Assembly: GCF_009914755.1 (NCBI RefSeq) | Contig: NC_060929.1 | DNA: 64,000 nucleotides | From: the human T2T-CHM13v2.0 reference genome, Homo sapiens | Reading direction: 5' to 3' (one strand) | Shown: positions 49,788 to 62,370 of the stretch, piece by piece | Layout of the letters: every line of letters begins with the position of its first letter | How positions within the stretch are numbered: position 1 is the stretch's first letter | Translations under genes and position numbers: made by a program | The notes under the pieces: generated by a model | Told to the model about the DNA's origin: nothing | The model's input: the letters and a program-made list of their open reading frames with translations, nothing else | Databases searched by the model: none

Positions 49788-50562
49788 TGTGATAGACATT
49801 AATTGTGTTCATCATCTGGTCCAGATAATTATCTGGTATGAAGAATGGCCTACCAGACCTTAAATCTGCTACTGTGGACTGTGAAGCTTCAAACTGAGAT
49901 TGTGGCTACTCCACCATCTCTACCTCAATGACAACAATAATAGCAGAGTCCCCTGCCAACTCAAAATGAGCATATAGTATATGCAAGAAGCAAACTGTTG
50001 TTTCAAGCCATTGGGATTTAGTAGCTGTATTCGTTTGCTAAAGGTGCTATAACAAAGTACCACACACTGAGTGGCTTAACATCAGAAACTTATTGTCTCA
50101 CCGCTCTGGAGCTTAGAAGTCCAAGTTGAAAGTGTCAGCAGGGTTGGTTCCTTCAAAGGGCTGTGAGAGAGAATCTGTTCTGTGCCTTTCACCTAGCTTC
50201 TTGTAATTTGCTGGCAATTTGTGTGGCATTCTTTGGCCTGTAGAAGCATCACCCCACACTCAGCCTTCACCTTCACGTGACATTCTTTGTGTGTGTGTGT
50301 GTGTGTGTGTGTGTATACACATGCATGCATGCACATGTGTCCAAATTTCCTTATTTTATATGGACACCAGTTATATTTTATTAGGGCCCACTCTAATGAC
50401 CTTATTTTAACTAATTACATCTGCAACATCCCTACTCCCAAATAAGGTCATATGAGGTACTGAGCATTAGGGCTTCAACATGTGGATTTGGAGGGACACA
50501 ATTCAACCCATAACAGTGGATGTTTATTACAATGGTATAGTTTAGCCTATACTGGCCAATGC
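49788..50562. mobile_element. MLT1C-like LTR (~50026-50515) nested in an older MLT1 LTR of opposite orientation
   Basis: Outer 3' end tttcaagccattgggattt|...|gtttattacaatggtatag is split by tgtattcgtttgct...aattcaacccataaca. Confidence 0.65.
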
Positions 50563-53500
50563 AAGGGATTCTTCTTATGCAGTTTTTTGACCTCCTATTT
50601 TCACTTCATAAGCTTAAGTATTTTGCCCACAGTCACAATACCAGTAAGAGGGAAACTGGAATTCTAATCCAGGTTTTTGATTTGTTAGCCTGTTCTTTCG
50701 GCCACTCCCTGGGGTTAATCCCTTACAGTGGAGGTGCTTTGTAGTTCCCATAGTTCTCGCCATTCCCTATTACTCTCAGACACTGAGTTTAAGTACTATC
50801 TGTCTTTAGGCTTGTCCCATTGACTTTCCTGTACACAGCCCAATTTATTCATTTACACTGCCTGTTTTCCCCCTGTGGACACTGCATTTGCAACCTTGCA
50901 CTATGGTATAATTCCTTCCCTTTATTATTAAAAAGGCAACTCACACCTTTTGAATTCACTTTCCAGGTCACTAAAAGCCCTAGAGTTATTAAGACAATCT
51001 GCACAACCCTCGCCCTGTATTATACCTGTCCCTGATTCTCTGCTCCCACTTTTCAAGCACAGCCCCATGGACTAGGCCCCATCACCCATCTTGTACTTGT
51101 TTTCTGCCAAGCAAATTTTCCCTCGAAGGAGTAAACCAGGAATAAAAATATTTGATCAATTCAAGCAAATGGCTTGTCAGGAAATGGCACCTCCTCCTGT
51201 GTACATCCTTTATAAGAGATTCTCCCCATTACAAGGAACTCGATCAAATGGCATTTTCTCTCAGTCCTGATGTTCGCATTTCCCAATGCAGAGAAAAGAA
51301 GAAACCCTGCTTTGTGAGGCTTATGCCCAGGCAGTGAATCACAGAAGCTCTTCAATCACTTACTGCTTTCTCTCTCTTGCCATTCCCATTGAGCATGATG
51401 TCTTTTTCATCCCACACCGAGGGGCTTTGTGTGTGTGCCACTCCTCATTAATTTGATCACAGAGGGAAGATTTAAGATGTGATTCAAGTAAATGAGAGGT
51501 TCTCCAGAAGCTATCCACGTAGAGGCATTCTCTTCTAAGCTCTCATCCATGGCTTTGAATTCATTAGCTCGGAGTACACTGTGCCTCCAAAGAGGCAGGT
51601 ACACTGAGTGTACACACCCTGGAGAGCCTGACTCTGCAGACTGGCACTGAGTCACCTTCTCCTAACCCAAGTTGACAAGACACATGTTGTGTTTACTCCA
51701 ATTTTCTCATTAATTTCTCTGGCTGCCTGACAGTCTCTGCCTTCTCAGATTAGATTTCTGGAATTAGACTGATCTTAATGCTGCAAGAGAACAACAGACC
51801 CTATGCCCTCCTTCCAGGCAGAAGTCCCCATCCCCATTTTGCTGATTAAGGCAACTGAAGCCCTGCCAGGGAAGACCTTTCTAAACTGTTGGGGAGTTTC
51901 GAAAGTGTTGGGGAGACTAGCCTTCATGTGTAGGTCAAGTGCTTTGCCTAACCTGCAAGACAACCTCACCAAAACATTTCTCAGGCTGCCTGCCTCTGTG
52001 CTGCAGTGTACAACATTAGTCCAGGTTTACATCGGGTATTTTTTAATGCAGCACTTACCTGGAAGGATTGCTATAATATGCCATTAATGCTTAACTGTAA
52101 ATGAATTTGATCAAATTGACCTCAGCCTCTGATAGGGTCAGCAGGGACAAATTCTAATGATGGAAAGGACTTCAAAAAAAATTGCAAAGGCAGAAGTAAT
52201 AAGGGCCCCAGGCACCAGGAACAGCAAATGGACACTGGGCACCCAGTTAGGGAGATGAAATGGAGAAAGGCCAAGAGAGTCCAGAGAGATGGAGCAGACA
52301 ACTCTTAACCACCCAGCAACCGTAGGAGGACTTGAGATGTCAAACACATTTCTGAATATCCAAGCTAAGTGACTTTGAACCACCCCCTTAAAAATCTCTG
52401 GCCCCACTGCAAGTATCGAAAGGAGATAATAATGGCTTATTTACCTAAAGGCAGAGGAGTGAATCAAAGATCCCTGGAGAACACTTCCTTCAGGAAGTTT
52501 GTATAAATCAAAGTGAACTCCAGTCAATAAAGAAATCCTCTGGTTTAACCCTTCCCAGCCTTAGCATCATCTTTAGAGCCAGACAGACTTTGTTTTAATT
52601 CTGAGTTCAGCCACTGTGTAACACTGGGCAACCTTGGATGGGTCCCTAAACCTCTTTAGGCCTCAAGCTTCTTGTCTACAAATAAACCATAAAACCTACC
52701 TCACTGGGTTGTCAGACAGTTTTAATAAAACAATGTGTGTGAATCCCTTAGTGCCACGTTGGGCACAAAATAAACACTCAGTAATAACAGTTTAGCTGCC
52801 GTGTATCATCCTCATCCTCTCAGACCCACCAGTGTCTTTTGGTAGGTGATAGCTCAGCAAGGTCATGGTGAATGGCATGGGTTCTGGAGTCAGACCATCC
52901 TGGTTTCAAATACGGGCTCCAGTGAGAACCAGGTATGTGACCTTGGGCAACTCATTTATACTGAGTTTCGATTCTTTCATCTGTAAATGGGAGTGATTAA
53001 AAATGGCTTCCTCTGAGGTGAGGATTAAGTAAGACAATACACATAACTTGCTGAGAGTGGTGGCTAGCACACCGTAAGAGCCTAGTAAATAGGAGATGAA
53101 AACTCCCTTTCTCTTCCTCTGCCTTTCTCTCTCTGTATCTCTTTCTCTCTTTGCTGACAGATGTGGTTGAGTAGGGAGAATGAGATCCAGTTCTATCGAT
53201 GATCAAAGGTAGATGTAAAAACCTTGCTTTTCAACCAGAGAGACAAAGAAGACCCAGTGAACCATCTCAAGGAGCCAAATCTGGTTTTATCCAGCTCTTG
53301 TAGTAGTGTTCTGGCTTTTGGGCTGCAGTACAGAAAATTAGTTCCCCTGCAGTCGTCCCCTTCAGAATGGAGCTAGGAGAGATAAAGAGTGGCTAAAGAG
53401 CTCTGAACAATAGCTAATCCTCTAATTAGCACTTCAGAGAGTAGTGATAACTGGAATCCACTCTCAGTTCTAAGCTCCAGGGAACAGCAGGGTCTGATCA

Positions 53501-56042
53501 ATGTTTTCCTGGAATCATACCCAAAGCCAATGACCTCCTTCCTTCTAAGTTTGAGTCTCCCTCCTGGAGCGTTGCTCTTTCCCTTTCTTTTGTCGGTGCC
53601 TCTTTCTTTTTCCCTTTAGCTCTCTGTTTCCTTCTGGCTCTCAGAACTACTCTCCTCTCCCAACCCCTGCAAATTTTCCCACCTCTTTCTCTCAAAACTA
53701 CCATACTATGAGGTACTTGTATAATTAGGTGTTCATTCCTTAATTTGTGAGACATTTACTGAATATTTTCTAGGTGCTAAGAATATAGAAAAGAATAAGA
53801 TGGGCTCCCCATTCTCAGGGCAATGGACTGATGAACAATGGAAGGATCTTCCAAACAACTATAATATGGTCCGACAAATGCTTTTCCAGAAGTACACACA
53901 AGCGTGGGTGTATACGGCAAGTGCCAAATTCTGGCTGGGTGGGGCCCAGAGGAGCAGATGTTGGGCTTGAGACATGAGGAGTGAGTCTAGGTTTTAAAAA
54001 TAAATGAATCATTCAATCAACTGTGTAGTTCTTGATCCTCATTCAAACACCTGTGACTTAAACATGCATTTGTGAAACAGAAACCAACATTCCTAAACTA
54101 ACTGACATATGGTGTGTGTAACCCCCACTTTTTCCCTCCATATGTCAGTGACCAATAGGAAAAGGAGCTTCCCTCCTGTGGGGCTCCTTAATCCAAATGG
54201 GTGACTAAAGTGAGGATGGATAGGGAACTGAACCAACAAAGTGATTAGAGAAGGCACTAATAAGGCTCCTCACCCATACTAGCTATAGAAAAGGGGGCCC
54301 TATGCTTTACAATCTCTAAGCTTTATTCTTAGTGATGAAGCTAAGGTTTTCAAAATAATCCAGTGCCTTCTGTCTCCCATCTCTCTCCCAAACCCAGAGC
54401 TGGAGAGTAAGAGAGGCATGGACCTGAAGCCAGACCCCCTACCCAACCGTTGATCAGACTTCACTCTGGACAGATGAAAGGTTTGAGCACTTTCTGAGTG
54501 ACAGCTCACAGAGCTGGCATGTTACATTTAAGCCATTTACATTTTGGAGCCTGTGAGTCTGTCAAAACAATGCCACCCCCTGCTGTGACTCTGGCATAAT
54601 AACTGGCTTGTGCAGAGCAAATCTTGACTCAACTTCCATGTGACCAACCATGTGAATGTGTGCAGATTAAAAGACAGAAAGAAACGAGATTTTTATTATT
54701 TTTTTTTTAATCTTTAACAAATACAGGCACCTTTTGGTCCAGGTTTCCCTCTGATTCAATGTCATGCACTAGTAAATCTGGATCTGAGACAGCCCAGTTT
54801 ATCTTGGAGTATTAAGGACTTAGTGAAGCAAAGAAAACTCATTCTAAGGGTTTAAAGGAAGTTAAAGAATATCCTGTTACATTTTCAGGTTAAGGATCCT
54901 AAATGCCTTATTCACTGGTATATTCCATGGATTTGCCCAGGGTCTGATGTGTAGAAGATGACCGACAATATTCGTTGAGGGAATCAATGTTTTCAACAAC
55001 ACCATCTCTACCACTCCACCCCCAAAACCATACAAGGTTTCCTGCCATTCATCTATCCCTGGTAGTGTTGTCATCCATACCGCCTCCTCACATTTCTTAG
55101 AGAGCTACTTTGGATGATCCATCCTCATTTCATTTCTGAGTAGATTTACATCTTGCAGCTGAACCATTCATTCACTCTTTCATCAACTCTATGTTGTATG
55201 GAGGGCCTATTTGGATCAAACACTTAATTAATGACAAAATTACAAAGGTAAGAGGCATATGGAAAATACCTTTGATAAGACTATAGTCCAGTAGAGAAGA
55301 CAGGAACATGGGCCTCTAAAATCTAGGGTATGAGGCTCGGAGGAGATGAATAAAGACCAACATAGGAAAGAGAGGGAAAATTCTCAAGGGAACCCTAATA
55401 AGGTGTTCAGAGAAATGGAAGATGTCTAATTTGTGGGTATTAGAGCTTGGGAGTGTGTATCAGTGAAGGAACTATAAGTTGGGTATGTGTGGCGCAGCTA
55501 GGAGAATTGTCCGTCCTGGGTTGCCCGAAAACAAGCTAGCTAGGACCAGGATCCCCCCTCCTTCTCCACACCAGAAGGGCTGCCCCCACACTCAGCTTTC
55601 TACAGGACTGCTGGCTTCCTTCACCTGGGAGGGAGGACTCTAATTTTCTATGCACCGTAAGATGAATTGCAGGACAGCTGGTGTCCCCACACTATTTCTT
55701 TACATGGTTGGCCCCATAATTCTGGACTGATAGCACCGAGTAGCCTATGTGTTCCACCCTCTTCAAAGACTGTTTTCTCACTTTTGGTCTACAAATGGGA
55801 GAAGAACAGGGCCCACTTGGTCCCTACTGGCAATCAGATCCTTACTGCAGGCCCAGAAATGGCTCCTCCCTGTGAAGTATAGAAGCACCAGCTTTGTAAG
55901 TTTTCCATTTCCTCAATAAACCTATTCGTTGTGCCATGTCAATCAATTTAAACCAAACCATGATGCATCATAGGCAGAGATCCACAAGGGTCCACCTCAT
56001 ATGACATGGGCCTGGGGACCCTGCAGAGGTAGGCAGCAAGGG

Positions 56043-56169
56043 TATCCTGGTGTGTGCAGGGTATGAACTATCCTGGTGTGTGCAGGGTGTGAACTATCGT
56101 GTGTGCAGGGTGTGAACTATCGTGGTGTGTGCAGGGTGTGAACTATCCTGGTGTGTGCAGGGTGTGAAC
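56043..56169. repeat. Minisatellite: 5 copies of 26-bp tatcctggtgtgtgcagggtgtgaac (third copy 23 bp)
   Basis: Units start at 56043, 56069, 56095, 56118 and 56144. Confidence 0.95.
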
Positions 56170-56188
56170 TGGAGGAAGGGGGAATATA

Positions 56189-56260
56189 TTAGGTTGGTGC
56201 TGCAGTTTTTGCCATTGAAAAGAAATGGCAAAAACCACAAGGACTTTTGCACCAACCTAA
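56189..56260. mobile_element. MADE1 (Hsmar1-derived MITE), palindromic
   Basis: ttaggttggtgc...gcaccaacctaa flanked by TA duplications (56187-88, 56261-62); left arm lacks ~9 nt. Confidence 0.9.
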
Positions 56261-58081
56261 TAGTAAAGAAGAGGGGATAGTGTGCGCTAGGAGTCATGGG
56301 ACTTGGGACAGCAGGGACGGCCGGAACCTCTTTTGGGCAAGGCCTTTGCAGCAGACATCTGTTGTTTCTGCTTGCCTGCCTTCTTCCCGTTCTATTGCTA
56401 ATAGTACATCAATGTTTCTCTGAAGAAACTTCCTTTCCCATACCATGCAGTCTGGCGGACCTGTTAGTGCTGGCCATTCTCTGGCCAAGGAAAGAGCTAA
56501 TTCATGCCATGAGAACCTCTCAGGGATTTAAATCCTGAGCACAATCACCAGGAACTGAAAACCATGGCACAGACTCACCAGATGGAGTCTCTAGGGAGTG
56601 AGTCCATTCTTGCCCTGGATCCCTCTGCTAGCCCTGCTTGAGGTGCCCACCTTTCCTTTGATTCTGTCAGCCCCACAGTCTTCCACCAGGTCCCCTTTGG
56701 GCCTGAGTTAACTTGAGCCAATCCGCAATTTGCAAACAAAGAAGCCTAGTGGCCAGTCTTGAACACTGAAGCTCACTGAGTGAATGCCATCCCAGGGCAA
56801 GAGTAACATTAGAATACATGCCTGATGTCTGTATGGTACTGTGCAGTTTCCTCACACTATTAGAGATATTGAAAGGTCAGATTCAGAAAATTTGGGGCCA
56901 TCTGGCTTAGTGCTGTGACCTCAGACTCCTGCTGGGGATGTTCAATTAGAGAAAGAGATGTGTTGGTATCAAGGATGGCTCTTTATCTTTCCAACTTTTC
57001 TGAAGCTTGATAAAGAAATCAAAATTCTGTGTGCACGTGGGTGTGTTTCTGTGCCCAAGTGTCCTTGGGTGGTATTCCAAGAAGTCAAGCAATTTATCTG
57101 TCACTGTCATTTGCAAGAATTGCTCTTGGTTGATAAGATTTAAACCCAGCACATCCTCCAGTGCCTGTTGACAACCACTCCTGCCTGGAGCTCTGCCTGG
57201 GATCAGTCTTGCTCTGATTCTGCTCCATACTTTACTGCATTGGGTCCTGGAGATAAGAGATACCTAGCATGATTCTCAGACGATGTCCTCTTGAGCAAAA
57301 GCCTTTAAGCTTCCAGCTCACCTGCCCACATTCAGGCAATGAGCTACACATGTCCATCCCTTTCCCAGATTCCTCTCTACTGGGTAGAAAGGAGGAAAGA
57401 ACCACATGAATTGTCAGAAGCACAACTCCAAAGCCCTTGAGGAAAAGGGCAAACTGAAAAGTTGCTGGATCTCTAGCTACATGATCACTGGGGCTCTACT
57501 CCTTGGTTTTGTGTGTAATCAACAACAGAGAATTTTGTTCCTCACTGCAGTGGGTTTTGCCATCAAACATAGTTGTCTTAGAGTCCATTGTCATCTTACC
57601 AAAGATGCATTCTGTACAATGCATACTGGATAAGGAAATTAAATCCAGGCTAGGAAAGGCAACTCAAGGTCACTATTAAATATATGGTCTGATTAATAAG
57701 GACATTTTTAATCATCTTAGAATCTCAGAGCCAGAAGCAATTTTAAAGGCCATCTATTTTCCAATTTTCATGTAATCCCCTCAAATTAAAAAATACATAT
57801 ACATGGATATGCGCATATTGGATGCTTATAGGCACTATGCTAAGTATTTTATATGTATTCTGTCATTGATATACTCTGAATCCTTACAACAACCCTCTGC
57901 AATAACCACCATTATTCTCCATTGTACAAACCAGGAACCTGGGGCTCAGAAGGTTTGGTCATTCACCCCACGTCATGCAGCAAGTATGTAGCAGAGCCTC
58001 TTCAGAGAAGGTGTCCCTGTAGCTCCTGGCCAAACCTGACCTGCGTGTGTACCTTAAAATTTTCCAGTATAGCTTCAATAA

Positions 58082-58566
<485 letters not shown>

Positions 58567-59033
58567 GCTTCAATAATTTTAAATGGAGGGTTTAACATTA
58601 GAAATATTCAGATTTGCACCTTTCCCTGAAAAGTCAGAAGACCTGGCCACACTGGGCTGGCATTCCTACATGGGAAGAATGAGCTCAAGCCAAGTAGTAG
58701 TCACCCCTTCAGACACAAATCAGATCACTGCAATAACCTGCTTAGGCTTTTCAATGGCTCCTAATCACACTTAGAATAAAATCCAAAGCCCTCACTACAG
58801 CCCACAGGGTCAGGCCTCTGCCTGCTGCTCCACTCTCGTCTTGTCTGACTCTCTGCTCCCCCATGCTAGCATTCTCTCCAGTCCCTGTACTTAAAAAGCC
58901 CCGTCCTTCTTCAGGGCCTTTGCTCTTACTGTTTCCTCCTTTGGGAAAGCTATTTCCTCTAGTCTGCCCATGTCTGACTTGTACTAAGCCTTTTGCTTAA
59001 ATACCACTTCCTCAGAGAGGCCTTCTTGACTCC

Positions 59034-59921
59034 TGTAATAAATAGAATAATGCCTACTCCCCCTCTTGAAGATGCCCACATCCTAATCCCCAGACCCTGT
59101 GAATGTGTTACCTTACATGGCAAAAGGAACTTTGCAGATGTGATTAAGTATCTTGAGATGGGCAGATTATCCTGAATTGTCCTGGTGAGCCTGATGTAAT
59201 TGCAGAAGTTCTTATAAGAGGAGGGTGGGAAAGGCAGAGTGAGAGAAACAGATTTAACAGCAGATATAGAGGTTGGCATGATGTGAGGAAGCGGCCCTGA
59301 ACTGAGGAATTCAGGTGGCCTTTAGAAGCTGGAAAAGTGAATTTTCCCCTCCAGAATCTGACCTTTTCTGTAATCCTAAAACTTCTCTAAAAAATAAAGT
59401 CTATGAATAGTAATAAGAAAGAGAGAAAAACATGCAGACCCCTTTGGTTTAAATCTGGGTCAGGCACTTGTAAGTTGGGAACTCTTAGGAAGGTTATTTA
59501 ATCTCTCAGCCTCAGCTTACTCGGCTGTAATATATGTCTCTTTCTACCCACCCGATGGAGCTGTTGTGAAAAACAAGTTAATGCCTAGTGTAGTTCCTGG
59601 CATCGTGTAGCAAGCACTCATAAGTATTAGGCTTAGGGATGGGGGGGAAGTGGAGATGTTGTTTGTTTTCTGTAAACACTCAAGAAGACATTGAAATTTT
59701 ACTTGCTGGGAAGCTGTTGCTCAGAACTGCCTGCAGAATGGAATGTCATGCAGAGAATCTTGAGCCTCCAAGAGGAATGCAGCCCTGAGACACCTTGGCT
59801 TTAGCCCAGTGAAGTTGATTTTGAACTTCTGACCTCTAGAACTGTAAGAAAATATGTTTATGTTGTTTTAAGCCACTAAGTTTGTGTCAATTTTGTACAG
59901 CAGTAATAGGAAACTAATACA
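59034..59921 (+). mobile_element. MLT1D-like LTR inside an L2, split by a ~400-bp insert
   Basis: Start tgtaataaatagaataatg, end aaactaataca; consensus text breaks at ttcccct| and resumes |gagcctcc. Confidence 0.85.
59364..59757 (+). repeat. Diverged copy of 62329-62716 (dispersed direct duplication)
   Basis: Collinear along its full length, including blocks such as ctgttgtgaaaaacaagttaatgc and tttgttttctgtaaacactcaagaa. Confidence 0.92.
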
Positions 59922-60409
59922 ACCACTTATTTTAAAATACTCCCTTCCCCATTACTAGTCTCAAACTTAACCGTTTATTAGTGTCCATCCATGCACTTAC
60001 CACAACTTGAAATTATTGTATTTGATTGTCTGCTTGCTTAGTTTTGGTCTCTGTGACTGCTAGACTGGAAGTCCCAAGAGGACAATACTATGTCTTTCTA
60101 GTTCATGGCTGTTATCCCAAAATAGAGCAACTGTCCAGCAACTGTAGGAGCTCAGCAGATATTTACTGAATAACTAAATTGGTTATTAAATAGTTTGCCT
60201 CGCTATTGATTTCAGGTGCCCTCATTTGAGTATATTGCAAGTTGAAAATGTCCCTACTTAAAGGTGGAATTTATGCTTAAACTCAGCCAGGTGCAAGTAT
60301 TTCTCTAAAGCATAAGAAACAATAAGAGATTTTAAGGAAATCAGGCAGCAAGCCCAATGACAAAACAGGCAATATTCCCAAGATAAATTCATGTTCTGTT
60401 TCTTACATG

Positions 60410-60550
60410 CTTGCTACTCTCAGTGTCACCAGGGAGCTTGTTAGAAATGCAGAATATCAAGCCTCACCCCAGAGCTACTGAATCAGAATCTGCATTTTAA
60501 CAAGATGTCCAGAAAATCCATATGCATGTTAAAGTTTCAGAATTGCGGCA
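60410..60550. mobile_element. MER5A-like
   Basis: gagcttgttagaaatgcagaat...tactgaatcagaatctgcattttaacaagat. Confidence 0.8.
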
Positions 60551-61792
60551 CCACATATTTGATTAAAGGGAAGTGCTCTTCAGAAAAACGAGCTACAAGT
60601 ATACCTTCCATGGGCAGATGCAGCAAGCACTATCAACCCCATCACAGCCTGAGTGAGCCCTGACTCAACGGCTCTATGCTGCCATATCCCATCACCTGCT
60701 CACTAGGCTGAATTCTCTGTGGAGCCAGACAAAGAGGTGATGAATTTTTAGGCACCCATAAGTTCAATCAGAACTAGGCTTGAGCAGGGGAAGAAACCCC
60801 TTCCCACCAATGATGGTGGTAGTGGTGGTGGGGTCTGGCTTTGTTGACTCCTGCCCTGCATTATTCTTCCAGGAGTGGAAGAAACTAGAAACTACTGAAA
60901 GCCTCTAGGTAGCTGGGTCAGGAGTAAGCCTACTGAGCTACTGCTACCCAGAAAAACCCCTCACACCACCCCATGTGTCCTACAATAAATGTTTGCTAAA
61001 AAAAATGTGTTTGTTAGTGCAGATGGGACCCCCATATGCATGGATTCACTATCTCTGTGCTTCAAAAAGCTCTTGTTAGTCCTTTCCAGTGGCCAACACT
61101 CAGTGCAGCATGTGGAGCATAATAGATATGTAATAAATATCTGTTGAATGAATAGTGAATCTACAGATGGTCTGTTGGGAAAACTGAGCCATACTGTTCT
61201 TATAGTACCTACCATTCTTCACCTGTATTGGCAAGTCCTTGTAGTAGCAAATATCAGAAACCCATCCAAAATACACTTGAATGAAAAAGAATGTACAGGT
61301 GCACATGAATACAGTTTGATTGTGGGTGTATATTATATCCTTATGACCTAATTTCTCTTTTTCATTTCTCCCACAAATGATCCTGTTCTCAGACACATTC
61401 TCCCTTGGGCCACAATAGAGCTGCCACTGCTCCTCATACCCTCTCAGCTTCAAATTTATGAACTCTCAATGCAGGTTTCATTGGTTCCCACTAGGTAACA
61501 TTCTCATTCCTAAATCAATCCCCTGGGAAATGCAATTCAGTAATGGGTTTAAGTCTGGTCTTAGGTTCCGCACCTGCCGTATGGCAGTGGGGTGATGGCT
61601 ATCCATGCTTGAACATTCCTGGAATGTTCTCCAAGCAAAAGCTCAGAGAAATGAAGGTCATGTTCAGGGAACAGTGAGGTCAGAATAAAATTGGGATGAA
61701 AGGCGAGGGTCAGATTAGGAAATATCTGAAACTTCAGCCTAAGTAATGTGCCTTCAAGGAAGCTATAGATTGTAAAAATTAAAAATATATAC

Positions 61793-62370
61793 CAGGATAA
61801 ACAAACTATGGTACATCCATACAATAGAATATTACTCAGCAAAAAAAAAAAAAAAAAAAAGAAGAAGAAGAAGAAATGAGCTATCAAGCCACAGAAAGAC
61901 ATAGAGGAACCTTAAATGCATATTGCTAAGTGAGAGAAGCCAATCTGAAAAGACTATGTACTACTGCATGCTTTTAAATATATGACAACTGGAAAAGGCA
62001 AATCTATGAAGACAGTGAAAAGATCAGTGGTTGCCAGAAGTATGGGGAGAGGAAGGAGGGGATGAATAGGTGGGAGACAGGGCATTTTTAGGGCTGTGAA
62101 ACTTTTCTGTATAATAGTATAAGGTAGATACATGTCATTACACATTTGCCAAAACCCACAGAACGTGCAACACCAAGAGTGAATCCTGCTGTAAACTATG
62201 GACTGGGTGACTATGATGTGTCAGTGTAGATTCATTATTTATAATAAATAAACCACACTAAGGCAAGATGTTAGGGGAAACTGAGGTGGGGATAAGAGAG
62301 TATATAGGAACTATAATTTCTGCTCAGTTTTTCTGTAAACGTAAAAATCTCTAAAAAATAGTCTATGAAT
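61793..62370 (+). mobile_element. 5'-truncated L1MC-type 3' end with internal A/GAA expansion
   Basis: ggataaacaaactatggtacatccatacaat...tgtaaactatggact...ctctaaaaaatagtcta. Confidence 0.85.

Noticed and set aside
52053-52061. Perfect minus-strand donor CAG|GTAAGT suggesting a lncRNA exon
   Set aside because: One such 9-mer is unsurprising in 64 kb on two strands; no matching acceptor or promoter identified.
56043-56169. CRISPR-like array
   Set aside because: Units abut with no unique spacers, and the context is primate; it is a minisatellite.
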